Source of the DNA: Octopus bimaculoides
Taxonomy: Eukaryota
Reading direction: 5' to 3'
DNA length: 64,000 nucleotides
NCBI RefSeq assembly: GCF_001194135.2
Contig: NC_068983.1
Coordinates: 27,590,944 to 27,654,943 of the forward strand
Of the stretch, positions 42,063 through 55,775 are shown one piece after another; positions within the stretch are counted from its first letter, which is position 1; every line of letters begins with the position of its first letter. The position numbers and the translations under genes were made by a program. Under the pieces are notes generated by a model that saw only the letters and a list, made by a program, of their open reading frames with translations, did no database searches and was not told the DNA's origin.

Positions 42063-43368
42063 ATATATATATATATATATATATATTCTATGCTTTCAGT
42101 ATTGTACAGTTTAGTACTCATTGTACATTTCTGAAAACATGTTCAAGTAATTTGTCAAGAAAACGGTAATAAAACTTCGTATATGATTAATGCTAGCCAG
42201 TGCCACCTGAATAGAGAGCACATGCAGTAATAAGAAGTTGAGAAGGTGATTTCACTACCATTAGGCTCTTTCCTCACTCTCATCGCCTGGTATCCTAGAT
42301 AAGTAAATTTATCGGCGATTCAGGTGTACCGAAGCCTTATGATTAAATATGGATTGACGGAAAGTGATGGATTGTACACCTAATTCAAACATCCAGACTT
42401 GTCGTATATGTTTCATGATTATAACTGGGAATTAAAGTGAGGTGTACGGTGTTATTTAATCGGCAGGTCGTCCAATTGATGGAAGAACTGAGAGATCATA
42501 TATATCGATATCCATCACACCTGAGTAGGAAAGGGGCTCAAGATGTCACATGTTCGCGACAAAGTTTGTTCATTTCCCGAGTAGCAATGGCAGTTTGAAA
42601 AGTTCCATTTCCGCTAAACTAACTTAACTTCAATTGCAATGAAAAGTAATCACGCACGCACGCACGCACACACATACACCCACACACATATATCCATATC
42701 CATGCTTACATATATGTATATGTATATATNNNNNNNNNNATATATGTATGTATATAGTGTAGGTATCACTTAGAGGAGTTTCATACCTCCAAGGGATAAT
42801 TAATCCAAAGGTGCTACTGGTTATTACCTGAGGAGGTACAGCCTCTTGTAAAGTTGTACGGTGGCAGGTGGTTCGGTAGATAGACCGTAGTTTAGGTTAT
42901 ATACGAGGAGAAAATAGATGTAAATTACAAGGAGAAACTCGTCGTTTTCCTTGGTATACCATTACCTCTGTATCAATTATTTTTTGCATTCTGACCGATG
43001 TATCAATCTAATTTTCACGTTCTGAAGATATTTACTAAAACTAGTAAATTGAAACGATCCAAAATGCTACCTTCTTCTTTGTTACTCAATTAAATTACAG
43101 ACATGCCAGCGAAAATGACAAGTTTCTCCTTGTTATTCACATCCATTTTCTGCTCGTATATATATATATATATATATATATGCAGAAGCAGGCAGACAGA
43201 CAGACATTGGATAGCTAATTAGATAAATAGATTGACAGGCAGACAGACAGACGGATAGATAGATAGATAGATAGATAGATATGGATATGCATACCTGCAT
43301 ATTTATACCTTGTGTGTGCATGTATGATGTATATATGCATGTATTTATGTATGTGTATGTATGTGAAC

Positions 43369-43405
<37 letters not shown>

Positions 43406-45866
43406 CAAGAGCATATGAACTTTTGTATATATGTATAAGTGTGTCTGTATGTATACGTAATTGCGCTGAAATATATGCAATATAGAGCGAGTAGTATATT
43501 TCGTGTTAAAGTGTTCCATTTCCGTCTCAAATATTGCACTTCAGAAAGCTCTGAACATCACTTTATCGAATCTCTTTGAATGCAGGATAAATTAATCAAA
43601 CGATTAATATGAAATTGAACATACTTCGAGCCATACACACGTCGAAACCTTTTAAGGTTGCTGTTACTTACATGTGTGTATCACTTTGTAACATATGTCA
43701 TGCCTTCTCGAGTTATTTTGGGTACCTATACAATCCCGAGCGTGCGTAGGCACCACTTGATTCCCCAAACCTTGATTCAATAGAACATCGAGAATGTGAG
43801 AACTCATCAAAAGGAAGGCGGTGTCCGCACTCGGTGGGTATTTATTACAGCAATGTAGATTGAATTTACTTGAAATGAATATTCTTACTCCATAGTACAA
43901 TTCATCGCTCCGTCCAGAACCCAAACTCTTGACCTTGCAATCTTGTGTTCAACGTCTTAAGCAATAGGCTACGCAACTTTGTCAAAATATTTGAAGCAGT
44001 ATTTGCTATTTTACTTCTAATTTAGCGACTGGCCAGCAGCAGTCGAACAAATCAATGAGAAAGCACAATCGAGAAATAATAATCACCCAATCTGTTTCAG
44101 GCCAGATGTTCCTCAGTTTATCAGATTATATTCCCTTAATAAAGAGAAAGCAAAATTTGTTTATCTACTCCTACCCTCATCCCACAGGCATACGCCGTGA
44201 AACCTAAGAGCAGTTAATAATGGAGTGGACGTAGAATTAGGAGATGTTAGTACCGAAAATATAACACAATGGAATCGACTAGGTTAATAATGACTTTTTT
44301 CCACTGATACATAATTTGTAGGCGAAACCTATTTTAGTTACTCGATAATGTTATTCAACTTCAATACAAGGCCAAATATTTTTATTAGATATTGGGAAAA
44401 AAATGATCCGGTAGACTATTGATGGTGGTATGCAGCGTGCCATTTTTAAGAATATAATTGTTACAACCGTCATAGTATCGATAATTATTAACAAATATTT
44501 ACACTCCATCAAGTTGATTAATTTGGGGAGTTATTATAATGTTGGACAATGCTGTGGCGTATCAAGTGTTCTCAGAAACTGGGGTCAAAAATAAATTTAT
44601 CGATAAAATTGTTTTACACTCCTTTATAACTGATTCCGAAGATGAGAAAACCACCCTCTTCATTCCGTTTCTTTGCCATATCTTTGTAATCCGAGTTGCA
44701 TTCCCACTTCATCTAATTAGGATACAAGGCTAAGTCCTACCTAAGTCTTATTTGCTTTTCATTGTTTTGAGAATCGATAAAATAAAACACTAGCCAAGCA
44801 CTCGTGTCAATAGTATCGACTCCTCGTTCCGCATCTCCAACAAATTGTTGACCTTCTGCCTGTTTTTTATGAAACAATACCTACCTTCTTCGATTTTTAT
44901 CCGTTTTCTTCACGCATATTACATACTGCGTGTGAAAAGGACAAAAAACGTGAATGCAAGAAAGTAGGTGACAATGAAATTTGATTAACAAAGTTGGTGA
45001 AATTAACTAACTCAATTATAAATTATACAATGAAATACTAATCTTCGCTTTACATTATTTTTGTCTTTTATTTTCAAGACGGCTTTGGTGTCATAACATC
45101 ATACGTGACGTATCGCTACTTGAATGAAATAACCATTTTCTTTCAAATTATAATAATAGTATTAGAAATATTCATGCATGACGTATTTGCTGCTCGATCA
45201 GACCTACTAATCTACCATCTGTAATTTAGCAAGTCGACATTAACTTATTCACGCTACATATCTCCAATTTGATTCGGCAATTGTAATGACCAAATCAATT
45301 ACACAAATAGTAATCTCTGATAAAAGTCAAGGGCGCGCAATCAAGAACAAAGAAAGTTAAAGCAGCATTTCATTCACATATACATAGAGCCAAAGCAGAT
45401 CTAATCAGTCACTTTTATTGTAACAGGCAGGTCAAAAGAAGAAAGAAGAGAGGTTCAGCGCATGATATTATCTTATCATTATGCGCTTGTCTATTATATA
45501 CTATTAAGTTATTCTTAAAACTTGTAATCGCATTACTAAAACCATGTCTCTCTCACCTCTTGCTTCTGTGAAAATAATGCGCACTTTATGATTGCTTTCT
45601 GACACCGGAGAGTTTACACATCTTCCACCATTTGATTGATAACCAGGCTTGTTTCATAATGCTGCTTAATGTTTCTATGATAAATGTATACGAAAGTATG
45701 TGGAGAACAGGGCAATTGGATTGCAAAGTTGACTCATTCTTGTGATGATACATGGAGCTCTTATGATACTCTATTGAACTTCAAACTTAGAAAATTATAA
45801 TGCAGGAAATTTAAAGACGTCATAACTAATAAATCTTCATTCCCAGCCTCTGACTCCTTTAACCAT

Positions 45867-45940
<74 letters not shown>

Positions 45941-46221
45941 TATGTATATATAAATGTGATGTTCGTAGACACTTCAACCTGGCTGCCCGTTCGAACGGAC
46001 TTTACTGCGATTTTTTAACTTCAGGAGGACATCTTCTTTAGCTGGTTCAAGATGTATAGCTGCATGCGATATATTGCAGCTGTGCACGGTCAACCAGCTA
46101 GAGGAGATGTCTTCTTGGGGTAAAAAATAGCAGTTCGTTCGAATTACTACTACGAATATTACTTGTCAGTACAACTACTGCGTTGATCTCTTAGACAGAT
46201 TTTAGTACTGGCCTCTTCGCG

Positions 46222-46250
<29 letters not shown>

Positions 46251-46252
<2 letters not shown>

Positions 46253-46449
46253 TTTTATTGTTTTATTTGTTTCAGTCATATGACTGCGGCCATGCTGGAG
46301 CACCGCCTTTAGTCAAGCAAATCGACTCCAGGACTTAGTCTTTGTAAGCCTAGTAATTATTCTATCGGTCTCTTTTGCCGAACCGCTAAGTTACGGGGAC
46401 GTACACACACCAGCATCGGTTGTCAAGCGATGTTGGGAGACAAATACGG

Positions 46450-46480
<31 letters not shown>
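46251..46480 (-). mobile_element. SINE family B 3' part with internal (CA)n
   Basis: tttgtttcagtcatatgactgcggccatgctggagcaccgcctttagtc...ctcttttgccgaaccgctaagttacggggacgta. Confidence 0.9.
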
Positions 46481-46495
<15 letters not shown>

Positions 46496-46672
46496 GTATA
46501 TTTAATAGTTTCTTTACGTATTGGTGCGTGTGTATGTTAATGTGTTGAAAGCTACTAAACGATGACGAATCCAATAGCAGAATATTACATCATCAATATT
46601 TGTGTACAATATATTTGTTTACATAATAGTTAGAACAGATAAATAAAAGTAAAGCTAATATATTGACTACTT

Positions 46673-47100
46673 AAGGCGGCGAGCTGGCAGAAATGTTAGC
46701 TCGCCGGGCAAAATGCTGAGCGTTATTTCGTCTGTCTTTGCGTTGTGAGTTCAATTTCCGCCGAAGTCGACTTTGCCTTTCATCCTCTCGGGGTCGATAA
46801 ATTAAGTACCAGTTACGCACTGGAGTCGATGTAATCGACTTAATCCCTTTGTCTGTCCTTGTTTGTCCCCTCTATATTTAGCCCCTTGTGGAAAATAAAG
46901 AAATAAGAAACGTTAACACGCCGGGCGAAATGCTGAGCGGTATTTTGTCTGTCTTTATGTTCTGAGTTCAATTTCCTCCGAGATAGACTTTGCTTTCATC
47001 CTTTCAGGGTCGATAAATTAAGTACCAGTTGCGTACAGGGGTCGATCGAATCGACTGGCCTCCTCTCCGAAAATTTTAGGCCTTGTGCCTAGAGTAGAAC
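46673..47100 (+). mobile_element. Tandem/nested SINE family C pair with two different 3' tails
   Basis: Head aggcggcgagctggcagaaatgttagc. The first unit ends with the long tail ..ccccttgtggaaaataaagaaataag. The second unit starts aaacgttaacacg and ends ..aggccttgtgcctagagtagaa. Confidence 0.92.
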
Positions 47101-48559
47101 ATAATATATTCACTATTACGAAATATTACCTTTGTTAAACAATAAGCTGGCTGAGGACAGATTAAGTGATATCACCATAAATCATAATGAAATGTTTACA
47201 TAACTGTTGTATTAGAGTCTGAAGACTTATAATAAATTTATGTAGAACATTTTTCTTATTATTACAAAGAATGACCAGAAAGTCATTCTCTTCATAAACT
47301 TCCATAAACTTTCATATACTTGATGGATTCTTAAGACTGCTTGAATAAATTTGTCCTCAAACCTGAACACTTGCAACAGAGGAGATTTCTGTATTGGTGT
47401 CCAGCATACAAGGTGGTTATGCTAAACCAAGCTTCCGTTTAAAGGCTAAGAGCCAAGGAAACCATAATGGAATTTTAACTCAGAATACAAAGAAACGCAA
47501 TAGATACGGTAAAGTATACGGTCAAGCGCTCTTGAAGATTCGACACGCCTCCATACGTGATTGATACTGTATTTATCAACTCCGAAATTATGAAATATAC
47601 GTTGACCTCCGCAAAAATAGAACTATAGATAAATGCGCCGAAACATTCTATTCAGAGCTCTAACGGTTCTGCCAATTTTCTGCCAATGACATTAAAATGT
47701 ATTGAGCATAAAGGAACTCGAGATATAAGGAGAAAGATTTAAAAAGGAAACTAATTTGTACAGCGCAAACACAATGATATCTAATACCTGGAAAGTAGTC
47801 TAAAACTACGTAGCGACATATTTGATGAATTGCCGCAGTTTAGTTCATATTTCATCGCCTCGTAAGGTATGATGGAGTATACTGATTCGAACACGGGGAT
47901 TTGAAAGCAAGTTAAATATTGTTAGTTATAAATTACGCAATCAACCGTTTCTTATACCTTTCCATCCTTGAAACAGCGCCAAGATAATATTTGCTTCAAC
48001 AATTATTATCAATTGGAACGTTTGTGAAGACAAAAGAAAGCAGTAATTACAAACAGAATTCAAACAGAAATCAACCACCTAACAACAACAACAACAAAAA
48101 CAAACTCAACACTTTTATGACGTAGAAGCATTTAACTATGACAAATAGCGTATTTCAAATCAAAAGTTAGTAGAATTACGGATCAACGATTACTAAATGT
48201 ACAAACTGTATGAAGCCAAATTAACAGAATGAGTCAAAAAAGATTTATAGAAACCACAAAGAATGAAAAAGCAAACCCAGAATGCAGGAAATTGATAATG
48301 AAGAGAGTTAGAAAATAAATGAATTACTGAATTCAATGGTGTTGACTATATCGTTATAATCCTACTATTCTATAACTCAGTATATTAGCGAATCGTGTTT
48401 GATAATGCGTGCAGTTTTCGAAAATAAGAAATGTTATTTTATATCATAGATTTAAGAAAAAAGAGGGAAATAATTAAGAAGCCAACTAGAATGATAAAGA
48501 GAATATTGAATATATTCATGAAATGAAACCATGATGAATACATGTAAATTACATTGAAC

Positions 48560-48710
48560 GAGAGAAAATCCAGTGGGTTGGTATAATTGTTAGAGCGTTG
48601 AGCATAATACCATGTTGCATTTAGTTTCATTCCTTTGAGTGTTTTTAGTTCAAACTCCACCGAAGCAAACTTTATGTTTCATTCTTCAGAGTCGATGAAT
48701 TAAATACTGG
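48560..48710 (+). mobile_element. SINE family C, old copy
   Basis: ttgttagagcgttgagcataatacc...tttagttcaaactccaccgaagcaaactttatgtttcattcttcagagtcgatgaattaaatactgg. Confidence 0.65.
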
Positions 48711-49975
48711 AGGACCTAAATAGACAGGATGGTACCAAGAAAGTTTACTTTTTACTATTATCACGTAACTGATGAAGAAGATATAAACGCAAGTGTACCC
48801 CTGTTATTGAAGTAACGGTTAAGTTGTATACGAGTGAAAGGTTTACGTAAGAGTTTATTATTAACGTAAAAGAGTTCGGGTGGGGACATTATATTGAGTA
48901 AAAATGAATAAACGGAATCTGTATAGAAGCCCATCAGGAAGAAAGTATTTACAGTTGAAAGATGCAGTCTTATTGCACTATGTTCTGCTTATTACACTGT
49001 GCATGTGGAATACTCAGCCACTTAGGATACTACTTCCGACAGTGGGTCATACATCGAAACTGGCAGCAGAATCCATGCTACATGATGCAGAGACAACAGT
49101 CGAAAACTAATGAAACTGACGAGCATCTTGCATGTTTTACGGTTCGAAATCAAATCCTATGTTTACTGCTTAAGCAGGTCTTGGTTCCGTTAGAGTACTT
49201 CAAGCAGAAGTCTTTATATGGTCGCGTGATCTATCCCACAAGATCTCACGTTGAAACAGTTAAAAACTATCTTGCTTTTTATTTTGGAGTGTCGTGTGAA
49301 ATACTTAAAATATGTCCAAGGAATTGAATTAGAATGTTTAAAATGGAGCTTAATGAGGACTATAATTAGAATGAAGACTCATAAATGGAAGATATTGAGA
49401 TGTGATTGAAGACCAATTGGGTTGGATACGTGAGAACATATGTTTATGCTTTAATGCTACGAACCTCACCCTCTCAGATATGTAATGGAGTTATAAAAAA
49501 ACAACAACATAATAGAACTAAACAACAATAACAATGCGACATAGAAACATTAACATAAGCCAACGAAAGTCAAAAATAATATACCAGCTGAGAATTCTTT
49601 TACATGTACCGTAACAAATAACAACCTACAGACAATGAAGCAACAGCAGTAACAGCAACAACAAATACAATGCCGATGATAAGCAGAACACAGACATTTA
49701 AGAAACAAAACAAGCTAAACATAAAAAAAGAACATCAAACGTTATGTAAATCTACGGCTATTCCCTCAATGCAAAGTATATGTCAGGAATATCTTTTGTT
49801 ATCTTGATGGTTGTTATTGTTGTTCATGTTCTTGCTTTAACTCAGTTTTGTGGCTTTTATTCTCCTCTAATCAATGTTGCAGCCGATTTTGTTTATACCG
49901 TCAAGTTTAAATTCTATACAGCATAAGTGAGCAGAAATGAACAGTGTGAAAATACTGGAGAGAACGTTTTCAAAC

Positions 49976-50012
<37 letters not shown>

Positions 50013-51769
50013 NNNNNNNNNNNNNNNNNNNNNNNNNNNNNNNNNNNNNTATATCATTCTCTCTTTCCTTCTCTCTCTCTGTTCTCTCTATCTGTGTCTC
50101 TTCCATCTCGTATATTTTATTGCATAATGTTAAAAAAAAGAAAGAAATCAATGAATTGTTTGGCATTGTGTTAACTTCAGAAACTAAGTCATCGAAATTC
50201 ACTTTAGTTGCTGCTCCTGGAATGTTTGAAGCTGTTTTCGTTGCAGTCATTTTTTTCTTTTTTACTTTGGTATTGGCATAGACAGTGATATTATTGTTAC
50301 ATTTGTTGCTCTGGTTGGCTTTAAAATTTCTCTAACTGCTAGCCATTTTTTCTCTTTGTTTTCGTGATGTTATCGGTTCATATTGGCTCTTCTTGTAGAT
50401 AACTATTGTGTTAGACATATAACTATAACCTCTGGCGAAATGGCCATTTAACACACTCCTGTATTTAGTATATTTGCTACTAGTCTGCGACACACTGTTA
50501 GGTGATCCTTCATTTTTTAACAATACAAGAAAATGTGTCTATTGCGTAACACATTGTTCTCATCGATCATTCTCGGACATCAAATCAACTAACTGATCGG
50601 AGCGTCGCCTTCTTTTTTAGTGCGGCCTACACTTGGTAGCAAATATGCTTAATCTACGATAGTTATCTCTCACACAATCATTTCCGATAATTCAAAACAT
50701 TCCAAGTAGTTTTCAAATAATGGCACTGCTGAAGGTAAGACAAATGTCCCTACCTTGAACATCTGGCAAAAATTACTATGCCTATAACTGGATTTTCTTT
50801 AAAAAAAATTTATAATCTGGGATTACACATCAATAATGCCTTAAAAACAACTAACAGAGAAACAAAACAATTTCTCCTGCAACACACCACGAGGATGTTT
50901 TCACGAAACACAAACTGTAGAATTGTGTCTTGACACTGTTAAAAAATTATTTATCAAATTTTAAAATTACATCTAACCATCCAAGATGAGAATGAAAGCA
51001 GACACATCGAAAAGCCCACACTACTGTGTTTTATTGATTTTAAATTTACGCTGCACAACTACAATCAAACGCATCCAAAGAACCACTTTCTATATTCATT
51101 CCTATCGACATGTACACATAATTGCCAGTTTCTAAACCTTCTATGATAGTTCTAATCCAATAGGATAGGTGGTACTGACATTATTGCTTCCAATACCCTT
51201 AAATATTGCTCTCTGCAGGAACGTCTGTCCGCACCAAACTCTTCGATGTGTGCATAGTTCGCAGCAAGGGCAATATTTCTAACCATACCATCCACCAACA
51301 TATCGACTGCACTTGCAAAATCCCTAATGTATTTTATATAGCTAATGGCTAAATGTGAATACTAGGAACTCTAACTGCCTCCAATGCAGGTAATGAAAAA
51401 ATGTTGGAGGAAAGAAGGAGACATGCAACTTCAAGAGTATTGCAATAACGTATAACGTAACATTGTATTTTCTAGTTATGTGTTTGTCGTAATAAATAAT
51501 AAGAAATCAATGCTACAATTTCAATGAATTAACGATATGAGAATGGGAGATATCAAAGGTCTCTTGTACAGAAATATACATGGGTGTTGTTAAACATATA
51601 ATATCCTTTTTCTTTTGAAGATGAGTGCATCGATGCAAAATTTCCGAAAAATCAATTATGTCTCCTGTATCCTAAAGAAATATCAGTTGATGGTATCCGG
51701 CGGTTGAGGGTTTCGAGTTTTGTGTTTACGTATGTCCCAGAGAATTGAAAAACATCAGCTTATTCAATT

Positions 51770-52590
51770 CAGGGTGACTGAACAAAATTGGAGAGCATAG
51801 ATTAAAATGGCAATTGAGAAAAAGTTAGCCGGCATGGAGGACTGGAAACCATCTGAATATTAGAAAAGAGTTACCTATATCATGATGATTCGCGCCGGAT
51901 ATCAAAATCATGAGAGGATGATTGCTGCTCAATGATTGGTTGATAATGTAAAGGTTTTAAGACCTGATATGGACAGCTGCGACGGAGACAACAAAGCCTA
52001 ACCAGTAGGAAGGTACACAGCAGGCGTTCCGACAGCGCTGAATTCGGACTACGTAGTAGAATTCACCCAACAACTTTAGAACAGGGCCTTAGGCTGAATT
52101 TAGAGGGCATTGTAATAATACTGGAGACTGTGGTCAGTACCTGGGTGGAGAGGTTTTCTGCTGGAAGGCCACGTGTATGAAGCAAGATTCAGCTCTTTGC
52201 CATACCTCCGCTAAGAGTCAGACGTGGTTGTTGGAGAGTTTCTATGACTTCACCAGCCCCAATTTTGTGCCTCCTAATTACATCGATTTTAATCCCATGA
52301 ATTACTGAATGTGGGGTACATTTGAGAAAGACGCCAACTAGTCTTCCTGAAACAGCAAGGTCGAGTTAGAGGCCATGATCAAGGAGGTGTTCGAATACCA
52401 ACCAGGGACTTAATTAGGAATGCATGCTCCAGGTGCCGGAGCCCTCTTGAGGCTGTGGTGGAAGCCGAGGACGGCTACTTTGAGTAAACTCTTATCTTTC
52501 AGCCATAACCTTGTTGATATTTTTTTAGATATTTTAAAGTACTTTTATTTTTGGATGTGATATTGTGTTTTCTTTTACTTTTGTGCAAAA
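51770..52590 (+). mobile_element. DD37D/maT-type transposon remnant with internal deletion
   Basis: CAGGGTG start. Translation ..GLRLN..LETVVSTWV..GRP..KQDSALCH..SQTWL..PPNYIDFNPM(N)Y.MWG..NACSRCRSPLEAVVEAEDGYFE*. There are 37 residues between QD and the NPM(N) position. Confidence 0.87.
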
Positions 52591-52602
52591 TATCAAGTTT
52601 AA

Positions 52603-52880
52603 AAATAATACATTTCTAAATCTCTCAGAGAGATTTATGAAGTAGTGATACGATGAAGTAGTTGTATGCTGTCAACTCAATATGACAGTCCCTTGACGGG
52701 AATAATACTACTGTTGGTTAGACCTAGGAAGCTGCACCACTTCCTGTCAGCCTTGACACATAAGGACACAGGAAATGTGTCAAGGCCGACAGGAAGCGGT
52801 GCAGCTTTCTAGGTCTAACCAACAGTAGTATTATTCCCTTCAGGGAACTGTGACATTTAGTTGACAGCATACAACTAATT
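52603..52880. mobile_element. long-hairpin (foldback/MITE-like) element
   Basis: 103-bp inverted arms (52659-52761 / 52775-52877) with a 13-nt loop. Flanked by the direct repeat TATCAAGTTTAA (52591-52602, 52881-52892). Confidence 0.88.
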
Positions 52881-53182
52881 TATCAAGTTTAACCCGAACA
52901 CACTATAGATTCTATTACATCTCCTAATCCTAGTTTAAGAATATGTCCTAACGCTTGGGAGTCATTATTGAAGTGCAATGGGTTACAAGGTTACGCATCA
53001 GCATCGAATCTAAGACTTTCAAAAATTTCTATATTCTCTCCCTCCAGTCTTGAACTCTCCTAAAAATTTGTTCTCTTTGAATTTCTTTCTTCTAACTGTT
53101 GGTACTGTTTTAAATGAGATTTTTCTAATTGTTGTTGTTGTTATTATTGTTGTTTAGCCACGCGCCAAATATATATATTACG

Positions 53183-53410
53183 TTATTGCCCACAGGGGGC
53201 TAAACATAGAGGAGACCAACAAGGACAGACAAAGGGATTAAGTCGATTACTTCGACTCCAGTGCGCAACTGGTATTTATTTAATCGACCCCGAAAGGATG
53301 AAAAGCTAAGTCGACCTCGGCGTAATTTGAACACAGAACGTAGCGGAAGACGAAAAACCGCTAAGCATTTCGCCTGGCGTGCTAACGATTCTGCCAGCTC
53401 GCCGCCTTAT
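53183..53410 (-). mobile_element. SINE family C, full length with long tail
   Basis: ttattgcccacagggggctaaacatagagg...cgacctcggcgtaatttgaacacagaacg...gattctgccagctcgccgcctta. Confidence 0.92.
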
Positions 53411-54433
53411 ATAACAAAATATAATTCACCAGACTATTGATCAAAGTGATTTGAGAAGGTACTAGCTCGTCTTACTTATTCTAGGAATAATGTATCTAGG
53501 ACTGCATTATTCAAGATGTTCGGCTTTCAAGCGTCTACGTTCGTAGTTTCTGCGAGCATCTAGGGCAGTTCCAGGACATTTACAACCAAATTTTTGCGTA
53601 TCATCTAAATTATCGCAAATGCATCAAATGATACCTAAGACATAGTATAAATTCAACTTCAGAGAAATATTACCCAAACTGCAACAAAACAAACCCTATT
53701 TCTTCGAAATAAAGGACTTAATCAATAATGCATTCTTCGATTCACTGTAGTTAGAGAAAAATCGGGAAGGTCTCGGCTGGAATGTGTTTAATTATAGATC
53801 CACTCTTTCAGAATTCACTTTAGAATAAACAATAATATGTATATATGTCCGGCAGAATTTGTTGTCACGCAGCTCCAACGATCGATATACATTTAAAACA
53901 AAAACAGACATTTTCAGAATAATTGAAAAGAGCTTGAAACGAAAACATTTAGGTCAATTAATGCACAGTTTTAAAATAGTTAAAAATAACTAATTTTTGG
54001 AAACTCATACAAAAGGGTAGAACTTTTTAAAATCCGATTGTAAAGTATTTCAGCATTCGTGTCGGAGAGCTGCAACGAATTAACCATGTACAAATTCAAA
54101 CATACAGGCATAAATACACATACACACATATAGATACTACTATGTTTTTAATAAGTTCAAAGGGAAACTTTTTACACAAACTCTGACTCGCACAAACATA
54201 TGCACACATAGAAAATATATATATGTGCATGCACATATTTATATCCTTTTAAGCATAAATAAATCTGTGCGCACATAAATGCATATTATGCATCATCACG
54301 GAAACATGTTCAGCAGAAATTATATATATATATACTTCAGTTTATGGATACTAAAGTTTTGTGGAGAATGTGTATACATATATATATATATTCATATATA
54401 TGCGTGCGCGCGTGCGTGTGAGTATGGGGTATG

Positions 54434-54467
<34 letters not shown>

Positions 54468-55200
54468 AGTATATATACTCTTACATGTTGCTACTTTTAT
54501 ATGCATACACAATATACGCACATATTTATTATATGTCTATGTGCGTATGAGTGTATGTACGTGTGTATGTCGTGTGTGTGCGTGTGTGCGTGTGTATGTG
54601 CGCGCGCACGTATACCTTCTGCTGATGTGGATTTTTAAAAAATAGGAAGGCTGGGCATCAAATATGCCGCATAGAATAAATATGGAATATTTACATCGAG
54701 CTACTGTGTGAGGTATGTAGATGTTTTGGTGATTATTCACCTTGTCAAGTTAAATTACCTTCAAAATGCAATACTGAGGAAACATAAGATGGGATGTTTA
54801 ATTACATGCCAGGAGCTATAATAGCGGCTCATGAGACTATGAAGTATAATTTCACTTTATGAAAGTAAGTTGTTTTATTATAGACAGCGTTCTATGACTT
54901 AAAGGTAGTCAGTGGTATAACTTTATATCCATGTAGATTAGACAGGCTGGAACAGATAGATGATGGTTTGCACATAAAGTACTATATTTCCTATTTCTGT
55001 ATGTATATATCTACTAAAGGACTAAGGGCATGTATGTGATAGTTAATCCACGCAAATTATATTACGGTACTCTAGAACATGATATTTTTCAGTATCTTTC
55101 TGAGGCAGATATATTTCTTTTTGATATCTCAGGTAACGGCCTGGTTCCTGTCTACTCTATTTGATTGATTCATACGCCAACCCACTACAATGTAACAACT

Positions 55201-55270
<70 letters not shown>

Positions 55271-55275
<5 letters not shown>

Positions 55276-55495
55276 CTCCGTCGATTACGACCACGAGGAT
55301 TACGGTTGGTCTCATCAATATCCTGCTCGCGAAATCAACGTGCAGGTGGCTAAGCACTCCACAAACATGTCTACAGTTAACGCAGTTCTCAGAGAGATTC
55401 CGCGTGGCAATGAATGTGACAAGGCTGAGCCTTTGAAATACAGGTACTACTCATTTTTGCCAGCTGAGCGAACTGGAGTAACATGCAATAAGTTG
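55271..55495 (-). mobile_element. SINE family A-related 3' part, older subfamily
   Basis: tggcactccgtcgattacgac...cgtgcaggtggctaagcactccac...gtgacaaggctgagcctttgaaatacagg; the 5' part differs from the full copies. Confidence 0.8.
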
Positions 55496-55541
55496 TACAA
55501 CGCGATATATATAACATATATATATATATATACACATACAT

Positions 55542-55589
<48 letters not shown>

Positions 55590-55599
55590 NNNNNNNNNN

Positions 55600-55629
<30 letters not shown>

Positions 55630-55631
<2 letters not shown>

Positions 55632-55775
55632 AGTCTTCGTTAAGTTTCAGTCTACTAAGTCCACTAACAAGGCTTTGGTTGGTCCAAGGTTATAGTAGAA
55701 GACACTTACCCAAGGTTTCACGCAGTCTGACTGAACCCAGTTCCATGTGTATACGAAGCAAGCTTTCTTACCACA
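55630..55775 (-). mobile_element. SINE family B 5' head
   Basis: caaggctttggttggtccaaggttatagtagaagacacttacccaagg...gaagcaagctttcttaccacac. Confidence 0.8.

Noticed and set aside
43740-43800. SPNLDSIEH resembling the Tc1 SPDLNPIE motif
   Set aside because: An isolated short match with no flanking transposase motifs or TIRs.
49105-49170. CUGACGA..GAAA motif (similar partial motifs at 36884, 44100, 57690 and 62186)
   Set aside because: No helix I closure or no valid NUH triplet.
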